NCBI GenBank assembly: GCA_027063745.1
Contig: JAMORG010000001.1
Span: 1-53,766 of the forward strand
Source of the DNA: Sulfurimonas sp.
GTDB lineage: Bacteria > Campylobacterota > Campylobacteria > Campylobacterales > Sulfurimonadaceae
DNA: 53,766 nt
Reading direction: 5' to 3'
The position numbers were made by a program, and so were the translations under genes. The notes beneath the pieces are model-generated. The model searched no databases. It had not been told where the DNA came from and saw nothing but the letters and a program-made list of their open reading frames with translations. Below are positions 18,093 through 26,412 of this stretch, piece by piece. Every line of letters starts with the position of its first letter. Within the stretch, counting starts at the first letter, position 1.

Positions 18093-20575
18093 TGTATGCC
18101 CTTTTTCAAAAATGCTTTCATCTCTTCATTTGAGAGTGGCTTTGAGTAGTAATACCCTTGAATAAGATAACAGCCATGCTCAATCATAAAATCAAGATCT
18201 TCTTGTGTCTCAACACCCTCAGCAACAACTTCCAGGTTTAATGCTTTAGCAAGTGCAATAACAGCCAGTGCTATTTCAGGATTACCTTGCTGTGCTGCTA
18301 CAACAAATGCGCGATCGAGCTTCAACTCGTCTATAGGAAACTTATAAAGATAAGTCAGTGATGAGTATCCCGTTCCAAAATCATCAAGCGCCAAACTGGT
18401 ATGGAGTGATTTTAACTTATTTAGGCGCTCTATACTTTTGTTTGGATTTTGCATTGTGTCATGTTCTAAAATTTCCAGTACAAGATTATTTGCATCAAAA
18501 TCATAAATACGTAACTGCTCTTGTAAGAAATCTGCAAATGAATTATTTTCCAGTTGCTTGGTTGCAAGATTTAAAGAGAGTTTTCCATTATAAATACCCT
18601 CTTTATACCACTCTGAGACATCAGAAAATGCCTGTTTCATTACCCAGTTATCTATCTCAATGATAAGTTTACTCTGTTGTGCAAAACCTATAAACTCGCC
18701 AGGAGGTATCATCCCTTTTGTTGGGTGTTCCCAACGAATAAGAGCCTCTACACCCTCAACCGTTTTTGTTTTGGCATTTACCTGTGGTTGATATAAAAGT
18801 TTAAACTCATCGTTTTTTAAAGCAACACGTATCTCACGTTCTAGCTCTATACGCCTGTTTGCCTGCATTGTCATACTCTTGGTGTAGTATTCAAAACTGT
18901 TACGACCCTTCTCTTTTGCTTTATACATAGCATTATCAGCAAATTTGAGCAGGTCTTCGGCCTTCTTACCATCATCAGGAAAAAGGGCAATACCGATACT
19001 GCACCCAATATATACAGAATTCCCTTCTACACTAAAAGGTTCGCTAAAGGCCTTTAAAATCTTCTGTGCTAAACTTGTAACAGATTGCGTATCTTTTATC
19101 TGTTCAAAAAGTATACTAAATTCATCTCCACCAAGGCGTGCTAAAGTATCCTCTTCACGAATCAATTTTTTCAAGCGTTTTGTTGCGTGAACAAGGACTT
19201 TGTCACCTGCGGCATGCCCCAATGAGTCATTAACTTCTTTGAAATGATCCAAGTCCAAAAAGAGCACTGCGAACTTATTACCCCAACGCTGTGCTTTTTT
19301 GACAGCCATCTCTAACCTGTCTCTATAGAGTGTTCTGTTTGGCAAATGAGTCAAATCATCATGGTGTGCTCTAAAGTCAAGCAAAGCCGAGTTTTTTTCA
19401 AGCTCACGAACCAACATAATATGATCTGTAATGTCATGGCCTATTTCTATAATAGCATCAACTTCCCCTTTTTCATTAAAAAATGGAGTCGCACTAATCT
19501 CTATATAACGCTGCTCACCTGCTTCGTTTTTATGAAGATGAACTACTTTTACTGTCTCTTTTGATTCTAGTACCTTAGAGAGTGGGCAGGTATGTTCATC
19601 TGTCCCGCAGCTGTGAGATGTCTCATGAAAAACTTCATAGCAGTTTATATGTCCATCAATATCTCTGCCTTTGGCTTTTAAAGCAGCTTTTGCTTTTTCA
19701 TTCATCATTTTTACAGAATAATCAAGCCCAATAACCATAATGGAGTCATCAATGGCATTGATAACAGAGCTAAAAAACTCTTTTTCTTTTTTCAAAGCCA
19801 ATTGAGTCTCTTTTTGCTTTGTAATATCAATAATAAAGCCATATACTTGAACTACTCTGCCATTACTGTCTGATTTTACATTGATAATATCAAGTACCCA
19901 TATGTAAGAACCATCACTCTTTTTCAGTCGATACTCTGTAGTATAACTTTGTGCCTTTTGAAGTTTTTTTGTGCCTTTAAATAAAACCTTTTTTCTATCA
20001 TCTGGGTGTATAAGTCTAAACCATGTTTGAATATTGTCAATCTCTTTAGCTTCATAACCCAAAATCGTCTCAATATTTTTTGATATATAAACAAAAAAGT
20101 CATTGATTGCATCATATTCCCAACTTATACCACCAATGTTTTCAAGAAGATACTCTAAAGATTGATTTTGTTGTTGCAGTTCACCCAAGGCTCTTACACG
20201 TTGCTCTATAGAGATAAAAACTCCGACAATATACTCTTTGTCCTCAAAATGCATCAGATTTGCATATATATCAACAGGTATCTCATCTCCATTGCCACAC
20301 AATATCGTATTTTGAGTGTTTTTAACAACTTTACCACTACGCAGTATTGCAATATCTTTAGAAAATGTTTCACGATGTCTGTCGTTCCAATACTCAGGGT
20401 GCAGTATGGTCTGCTTTTTTCCAACAACTTCATCTGCTTTTTTTTGCCAAAGTCTCTCTGCCTCTTTAGAGAAAAAAACAACTTCATCGCTTGATGTATC
20501 TGCTACGACTATTGCTACTGGTAAATTATTCAAGTAAGCAAAAAATGTCTCTTTATTATCAATATTTACAAACAT
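18089..20575 (-). CDS. Cytoplasmic multi-PAS GGDEF-EAL protein
   Basis: Three PAS/PAC-like segments; HDDLTHLPNR; REEDTLARLGGDEF; VEALIRW; DDFGTGYSS. Confidence 0.93.
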   Translation of the reverse strand: MFVNIDNKETFFAYLNNLPVAIVVADTSSDEVVFFSKEAERLWQKKADEVVGKKQTILHPEYWNDRHRETFSKDIAILRSGKVVKNTQNTILCGNGDEIPVDIYANLMHFEDKEYIVGVFISIEQRVRALGELQQQNQSLEYLLENIGGISWEYDAINDFFVYISKNIETILGYEAKEIDNIQTWFRLIHPDDRKKVLFKGTKKLQKAQSYTTEYRLKKSDGSYIWVLDIINVKSDSNGRVVQVYGFIIDITKQKETQLALKKEKEFFSSVINAIDDSIMVIGLDYSVKMMNEKAKAALKAKGRDIDGHINCYEVFHETSHSCGTDEHTCPLSKVLESKETVKVVHLHKNEAGEQRYIEISATPFFNEKGEVDAIIEIGHDITDHIMLVRELEKNSALLDFRAHHDDLTHLPNRTLYRDRLEMAVKKAQRWGNKFAVLFLDLDHFKEVNDSLGHAAGDKVLVHATKRLKKLIREEDTLARLGGDEFSILFEQIKDTQSVTSLAQKILKAFSEPFSVEGNSVYIGCSIGIALFPDDGKKAEDLLKFADNAMYKAKEKGRNSFEYYTKSMTMQANRRIELEREIRVALKNDEFKLLYQPQVNAKTKTVEGVEALIRWEHPTKGMIPPGEFIGFAQQSKLIIEIDNWVMKQAFSDVSEWYKEGIYNGKLSLNLATKQLENNSFADFLQEQLRIYDFDANNLVLEILEHDTMQNPNKSIERLNKLKSLHTSLALDDFGTGYSSLTYLYKFPIDELKLDRAFVVAAQQGNPEIALAVIALAKALNLEVVAEGVETQEDLDFMIEHGCYLIQGYYYSKPLSNEEMKAFLKKGIQ

Positions 20576-20614
20576 ATCTTAGTATATCGTATATGGAATT
20601 AAGTTTGAGTAAAA

Positions 20615-21862
20615 ATGCAAAAAATGAAACAAGAGTTTGATCTTATTGTTATTGGAAGTGGTGCTGCAGGACTTATTGCAGCCATTACAGCTGCGCGTGA
20701 GCAAAAGAGTGTACTTATACTTGAAAAGCTTTCTCAGTTAGCTGCAAAACTAAAAGCTACCGGTGGTGGACGCTGCAACCTTACAAATACTCTGCCAAAT
20801 GAAGAGTTTATGGCAAAATTCGGTCGTGACGGGCGTTTTATGCAAGATGCCCTCAAAGCATTTGACAACAAAGCCCTGGTGCAATTTATGGATGAAATAG
20901 GCGTAGCAACTCACGCACCCGATGGTTTTCGTATCTTTCCTACTTCGCACTCCTCTGTCACTATCATCAAAGCTCTTGAAGCAGAGCTCAATAGACTCGG
21001 TGTCACACTGCTGACAAATCAAAGAGTTACACGATTACTTTCAACCGGCAGACATATTGACGGCGTAAAAACACAGAGTGATATCTTCTATGCACCCAAT
21101 GTCATTGTCGCAACAGGAGGGCTTGGGTATCCGACGCTCGGTGCTGAGGGGGATGGCTACAACCTTGCTCAAGAGCTCGGACACAAAGTAACAGATCTCT
21201 CTCCTGCTATGATGCCACTTAAAACCAAAGAAGAGTGGGTTGCTAATTGTAGAGCAGACACCATTGCAAAAGTAGAACTTCGGGTTAATATGAAAAAACA
21301 TAAAAAACTGCGTGCCAAGGGAGACCTTATCTTTACAAAAAACGGCATTCGCGGTCCTGTTGTTCTTGACTTCGCGCGTGAGGTGACACCCCTGCTTAAA
21401 AAGTATGGCGAAGTACCGCTGCTTCTAAACCTTACCAAAGGGATGAATGAAGAAGATATCCGCACACACTTTAAAAAACTCCTCAAAGCCAACAAAAGCA
21501 GTAAAATATTAGATATGCTACAAAGTCTCTTACCTGAAGCACTCTCACGTGAGCTCTGCACACTTGCCAAAGTGGAACCTGATACAAAATATAAAGATCT
21601 TGAAGGGAAAAAACGAGACAAACTCATAAGCCTGCTGGCATGGACACCACTTACAATCACAGGTCATGACGGCTTTAAGATGGCGATGATTACGCGTGGC
21701 GGTATCAGCCTCAAAGAGATAAACCCAAAAACGATGCAGAGCAAGCTTATAGACGGGCTTTACTTCTGTGGAGAAGTCATGAACCTTGATGGCCCTTGTG
21801 GCGGATATAACTTACAGTGGAGCTTTGCAAGCGGCTATCTGGCAGGCAAGCTACTTCGATAG
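20615..21862 (+). CDS. HI0933/BaiN/YhiN family flavoprotein
   Basis: GSGAAG, ATGGGRCNLTN, ATGGLGYP, DGPCGGYNLQWSFASG. Confidence 0.92.
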   Translation: MQKMKQEFDLIVIGSGAAGLIAAITAAREQKSVLILEKLSQLAAKLKATGGGRCNLTNTLPNEEFMAKFGRDGRFMQDALKAFDNKALVQFMDEIGVATHAPDGFRIFPTSHSSVTIIKALEAELNRLGVTLLTNQRVTRLLSTGRHIDGVKTQSDIFYAPNVIVATGGLGYPTLGAEGDGYNLAQELGHKVTDLSPAMMPLKTKEEWVANCRADTIAKVELRVNMKKHKKLRAKGDLIFTKNGIRGPVVLDFAREVTPLLKKYGEVPLLLNLTKGMNEEDIRTHFKKLLKANKSSKILDMLQSLLPEALSRELCTLAKVEPDTKYKDLEGKKRDKLISLLAWTPLTITGHDGFKMAMITRGGISLKEINPKTMQSKLIDGLYFCGEVMNLDGPCGGYNLQWSFASGYLAGKLLR

Positions 21863-23179
21863 CTTCACACCAAAAAGCACCAACTCTTTTCGCCCCATAT
21901 AGTACGGTTCCCACCACTTTATGGCAAGCGGAACAGTAAGATTGAGCATAAAGATAGCAAAGACAAGCACATAGAACTGCTCTAAATTCAAGATGTGATT
22001 TTCAGCATAAGCAATATCTATAACGATGAAGGCAAGCTCCGCACGCCCTAGCATTCCAAGCCCTACCATTACACTCTGGTACCATTTATACCCACCGCTA
22101 AAGCGGGCAGCCAAGGCTGCTGAGAGTACCTGAAAGACAAGTACTACGATAAAGAGCGTGAAGACAGCCGGTAGTATCTCAACTACAATGGAAAAATCAA
22201 AGAGCAGCTTTGTTCCAAGCTCTACAAAAAAGATAGGCCCAAAGATGGTATATGCCAAATGATTGATGACAGACTCTGCCTCACGCTTGTTTGAACGCAT
22301 CTCTGAGTCATTTTCTATAACAAAATACTCCTCACGCAAAAAAAGTCCCGCAAAGTATGCCCCAATGGCCGGGTGAAAGCCAAACTTATCAGCAATCGCC
22401 CCAAAAACAAAGGCAGTTAGTATCATTACAAGTGGTGTAAACTTGCCACTGTAAGCAGTAAGCAGCTGTCTTATTCCCAGATACTTTCGGATGCGTACAG
22501 CAGCTAAAAAGAGTGCACCGTGCTTTTTGTTTTTCTCATTTTTGAGTGAATCTGGAAAGAGGACAATGCCTATAAAACTTATGATGGCAAAAAAGAGCAC
22601 TACTTTAAAAGCGATAAGTGCTACTTCTGAAAGCTCTATGCTTCCGGCATGCTCACCTGTGGTGTTTATGGCAATGGGAATCATAATGGCAAGACCGATA
22701 AGTGAGAGTATATCATCAACAACGGCCGCACTCATAATGGCGGTAGAGGCTGTTGTTTTGTGCAGCCCCTCCTCACGCAGACTCACCATGGTAAGACTTA
22801 CTGCCGTGGCCGTCATGGTAAGTCCCCAAATCATCTGGGAGTTAAAGTCATATCCAAAGAGCTTTGCAGTGTAAAAACCGGCAAAAAAAGGAAAGATAGC
22901 TCCAATAACAGCAATGCCAAAGCTTCGCTTGAGCCCTTCGATGAAGTGGTTAAGATCCTCATCAAATCCTAAAGCGAACATCACAAAGACGATGCCCCAC
23001 TCCCCTATGGTCTCAAGTATCTCGTTATGTTCGGGAAGTATGCCAAGATTGACCCCGACGGAGCCAAAGAGAATGAGCCAGAGTACATCGACAGTGGAAG
23101 TCTTTTGAGAGACGATCTTTGCAAGAACAACAAAGGCCATAATAATGGCTGAATAGGTCCACAGGTCATGCCCCTGCAT
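21851..23179 (-). CDS. Cation:proton antiporter (CPA2 / Na_H_Exchanger family)
   Basis: Polytopic membrane protein; TATAVS, AAVVDD, GAYFAG, PIFF, GMLGRAE. Confidence 0.9.
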   Translation of the reverse strand: MQGHDLWTYSAIIMAFVVLAKIVSQKTSTVDVLWLILFGSVGVNLGILPEHNEILETIGEWGIVFVMFALGFDEDLNHFIEGLKRSFGIAVIGAIFPFFAGFYTAKLFGYDFNSQMIWGLTMTATAVSLTMVSLREEGLHKTTASTAIMSAAVVDDILSLIGLAIMIPIAINTTGEHAGSIELSEVALIAFKVVLFFAIISFIGIVLFPDSLKNEKNKKHGALFLAAVRIRKYLGIRQLLTAYSGKFTPLVMILTAFVFGAIADKFGFHPAIGAYFAGLFLREEYFVIENDSEMRSNKREAESVINHLAYTIFGPIFFVELGTKLLFDFSIVVEILPAVFTLFIVVLVFQVLSAALAARFSGGYKWYQSVMVGLGMLGRAELAFIVIDIAYAENHILNLEQFYVLVFAIFMLNLTVPLAIKWWEPYYMGRKELVLFGVKLSK

Positions 23180-23199
23180 CTTCTCTCCTTACTTCCTCC

Positions 23200-23751
23200 T
23201 TAGTAGAAGTAGCGTATGGAAGCAAAACCATACACACCACTCTCTTCTAAGGCATTAACTTCTTTTTTACTAATTATACCACCAAGCGCAAAGATATCTA
23301 CTTGACTCATATCAACTACCTCACGCAGATTCTCTACCCCTTTGGCTTCGCCCTTACCCGGTGTATCAAAGACAGGTGAGTAGGTAACATAGTCCACGCC
23401 CATCGCCTCAGCAATGTGAACCTCATCAAGTGTATGAGTAGAGATGATAACCTCAAGACCAAGATCTTTTGCTTTGGGTATGGCATCAAACTGTTGTGAT
23501 GTCAGATGCACTCCACAAGCGCCAAGTTTTTCAGCAAGCTCATAATCTTGATGCAAAAAGGCTTTGAGTCCGTAGAAATTTTTACAGACATCTAAAAAAT
23601 GGTCAGCCTGCGTGGCATAGTGGGGGTTGTGTTTGTCACGGTAGAGTGCAAAGTCGGGCATATGTTTTTTAAGGCTCTCTTGCAGTATGGAACGAAATAC
23701 CGCCGGTGTATCGGTATAGTGTTCACGTGAGGTGATAAGATACTTTTTCAT
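23200..23751 (-). CDS. Thiamine phosphate synthase / TenI family protein
   Basis: GVHLTS, STH, YSPVFDTPGK, FALGGI. Confidence 0.85.
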   Translation of the reverse strand: MKKYLITSREHYTDTPAVFRSILQESLKKHMPDFALYRDKHNPHYATQADHFLDVCKNFYGLKAFLHQDYELAEKLGACGVHLTSQQFDAIPKAKDLGLEVIISTHTLDEVHIAEAMGVDYVTYSPVFDTPGKGEAKGVENLREVVDMSQVDIFALGGIISKKEVNALEESGVYGFASIRYFY

Positions 23752-23752
23752 C

Positions 23753-24181
23753 TTAGCGAATCGGCTTCATACGAGTAAAGTCTATAAACTTCGTATCTTC
23801 ACCACGCTCATAGCGCTTTGCCATCTCAGAGACATGATAATCAAGTCTGTCAAGCAGATAAAGCTCTGGTTTTGTGTACTTTGCTTTTGCCTCTTTGATG
23901 TAGTTTTGCAGATAGGCAAGTGCCTCTTCTTCACTCTCGAAGTTTATGGAGTCTATGATATTTTGTATTGCTGCATACTCATCGCCACACTCTTGTAAAA
24001 AGTCATAGCTAAGATCCATGGTTTTGAGATTATGATGTGCTTTGGAGAATGCGAAGTGGTTGTAGAGCATACAGCCTACGAAGTACTCTATATCAGAAGG
24101 TTCAAATTCGGAGTATTGATGCTCTTCATTACTAAAATGTTTGTGCCATATATCAAGCACTTTTGTTATCTTTTCGTCCAT
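23753..24181 (-). CDS. Hypothetical acidic protein (142 aa)
   Basis: Clean ORF with GAGG RBS, 1 nt before the TenI-like gene; no motif recognised. Confidence 0.75.
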   Translation of the reverse strand: MDEKITKVLDIWHKHFSNEEHQYSEFEPSDIEYFVGCMLYNHFAFSKAHHNLKTMDLSYDFLQECGDEYAAIQNIIDSINFESEEEALAYLQNYIKEAKAKYTKPELYLLDRLDYHVSEMAKRYERGEDTKFIDFTRMKPIR

Positions 24182-24212
24182 AATTCCACCCTCTTTTTTA
24201 GGTGGAATTATA
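24181..24212 (-). promoter_or_regulatory. Hairpin covering the RBS and start codon, with an overlapping TATAAT -10
   Basis: Perfect 10-bp stem TAATTCCACC/GGTGGAATTA at 24181-24210; minus-strand TATAAT at 24212-24207. Confidence 0.6.
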
Positions 24213-24229
24213 CACTTTTTTTTGTAACT

Positions 24230-24844
24230 TTACGAGAGAAGTTCCTCGACTGTTACATACTCACCAACACGACCTGTCATCGCTTCAGCCTCTTTGTTGA
24301 CCGGTAGTGTTTTCTTACCCGGTCTCCAGTTTGCAGGACAAACTTCACCGGTTTTCTCAGCATGTTGCCACGCAACTACCTGACGTAAGAACTCATTTAC
24401 ATTTCTACCCACAGATGGCGCTTGTACCTCTTGTGCAACACATACACCGTTTGGATCGATCAAGAAGCGTCCACGAAGAGCTATACCCTCTTCTTCTATC
24501 ATGACACCAAATGCACGTGTCACTTCACCTGTTGGGTCTGCTGCGATTTTGAGCTTGAAATCTTTAAGCAGCGGCTCAGTCTCTACAAAACGTTTGTGTG
24601 AGAACTTTGTATCTGTTGAGACTGCGAGTATCTCAACACCAAGCTTCTCAAACTCTTCTAGTTTTGCATTCATTGCCGCTAACTCTGTAGGACATACAAA
24701 TGTAAAGTCAGCAGGATAGAAACAGACAACATGCCATTTTCCTTTATAATCCTCACTGCTTACTGTTGTATAGTGACCACTCTTAGCGTCATACGCTTCC
24801 ATCTTAAATTCAGGAACTTTTTTCATTACCATTGTTGAACTCAT
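24230..24844 (-). CDS. ahpC: 2-Cys peroxiredoxin (AhpC/TSA)
   Basis: FYPADFTFVCPTE and GEVCPANW motifs. Confidence 0.93.
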   Translation of the reverse strand: MSSTMVMKKVPEFKMEAYDAKSGHYTTVSSEDYKGKWHVVCFYPADFTFVCPTELAAMNAKLEEFEKLGVEILAVSTDTKFSHKRFVETEPLLKDFKLKIAADPTGEVTRAFGVMIEEEGIALRGRFLIDPNGVCVAQEVQAPSVGRNVNEFLRQVVAWQHAEKTGEVCPANWRPGKKTLPVNKEAEAMTGRVGEYVTVEELLS

Positions 24845-24879
24845 TACTCTCTCCTTTTAATATGATATACTTACTTATT

Positions 24880-26157
24880 ATGATTCTTACGCAAACAGAT
24901 GTACAAAAAACACTCAGTATCATTGCGACAAATACAAACAAGGCTCTGCTTGAAGTTGTTAAGAACCTCAGCCCAAAAGAGCTTTCATCATTTACACAGA
25001 CAAAAGACCTCTTCAGCCTTTTAAATTCACTGCTTAAAGAGTCCTCATCGCAACAAAGCAGCCAAAACAAAGCACTTTTGCAACTCTTAAAGAACTCTCC
25101 TACTTTTAAAGAGCTCGCAAATGTCACAACAACACTCAGTGAACTTAAAAACTTGTTAGATAAAACACATTTGCAAAAGAGTTCTTCTCAAACAACCCTT
25201 AAACACCTACAAACTACTCTTGCAAACTTACAAGAGAATGTTAACACAGTTGATGCCAAAGTTTTGCAATCAAAGTTGCAAAACTCAGGTGTTTTTCTAG
25301 AGTCAAAACTAAAAAATTTTCAAGACCCTCTTAAAGAGCTTACAAGTAGGCTCACGCAACTTACACAAACACTGCAAAAGTCACAAATCCCACAGATAAA
25401 AAGCATTGCAAATGAACTGGCAACTCTGCTGAGTACAAAACTTCCACAAATTACACAAGAGAAATTACCACAAATACTCACTCAGCTGCAAAACAGACTC
25501 ACGCAGATAGAAAAAACAGCAAATATGCCACTTGAGCAGAAGCTTCATCCAAAAGACATCCTCTTCAGTGCACAGCTAAAAAAAGAGATAAGTGAGCTGC
25601 TTAGCTTTATACAAAAACCACAAAATCTCTCAGCTGCACAAAAGCTTGACACTATGCTCTCAGAAGATCTCAAAGCACAGTTACTGCAGGCAAAAGAGGA
25701 GATACAACAGACTCCTCTTGGCAATAAAGCAGAACTTGTAAAACAGATAGACAAACTGTTACTGCAGATTGACTACTATCAACTCGTCTCACACCTTAGC
25801 CAAGGCTCTGCGATATTTATTCCCTATGCTTTTGAGATGCTTGAAGATGGTCATATACGCCTTAAAAAAGCTAAAAACAGACGATTTTTTTGCGACATAG
25901 AGCTCACGCTCAAAGAGTATGGTGAATTAAACATCAGACTGGGTCTTTTTGAAGAAACAGACCTTAGCATCCATATCTCCACTAAAAATCAGGAGCTCCA
26001 AACACTTCTAAAAGAAGCACTACCGACATTAAAACAAAATCTTTTCAATGCAGGTCTTAATCCTCGAGATATCTCCTTTATCGATAAAGAAAAGAGACAA
26101 AACCAGTACGAGACATCTTCACATGATCTGCAACTCGGATTTGAGGCGAAAGTATGA
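24880..26157 (+). CDS. FliK-like flagellar hook-length control domain protein
   Basis: L/Q/K-rich helical protein, NSGVFLESKL, C-terminal FFCDIELTLKEYGELNIRL; ATGA-coupled to an FlhB-C homologue. Start moved to 24880 to avoid overlap with ahpC. Confidence 0.65.
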   Translation: MILTQTDVQKTLSIIATNTNKALLEVVKNLSPKELSSFTQTKDLFSLLNSLLKESSSQQSSQNKALLQLLKNSPTFKELANVTTTLSELKNLLDKTHLQKSSSQTTLKHLQTTLANLQENVNTVDAKVLQSKLQNSGVFLESKLKNFQDPLKELTSRLTQLTQTLQKSQIPQIKSIANELATLLSTKLPQITQEKLPQILTQLQNRLTQIEKTANMPLEQKLHPKDILFSAQLKKEISELLSFIQKPQNLSAAQKLDTMLSEDLKAQLLQAKEEIQQTPLGNKAELVKQIDKLLLQIDYYQLVSHLSQGSAIFIPYAFEMLEDGHIRLKKAKNRRFFCDIELTLKEYGELNIRLGLFEETDLSIHISTKNQELQTLLKEALPTLKQNLFNAGLNPRDISFIDKEKRQNQYETSSHDLQLGFEAKV

Positions 26158-26408
26158 AACAAAAAGCAGCAGCACTACGATACGACAAAACAAAAGAAAA
26201 TGCACCAAAACTTGTTGCAAAAGGGGAAGGAAAAACAGCTACGAAGATAATAGAACTGGCACGTGAGCATAATATACCCATCCAACAAGATGAAGACCTT
26301 GTTGAGATGCTTTCCAAAGTAGAACTAGATAAGGAGATTCCTCCTCAAATGTATAAAGCAGTTGCAGAGATTTTCAGTTTTATCTATACAACAACGAAAA
26401 AGTCATAA
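26154..26408 (+). CDS. FlhB C-terminal domain-like protein (EscU/YscU/HrcU family)
   Basis: KAAALRYD...APKLVAKG...EIPPQMYKAVAEIF. Confidence 0.9.
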   Translation: MKQKAAALRYDKTKENAPKLVAKGEGKTATKIIELAREHNIPIQQDEDLVEMLSKVELDKEIPPQMYKAVAEIFSFIYTTTKKS

Positions 26409-26412
26409 AAAC

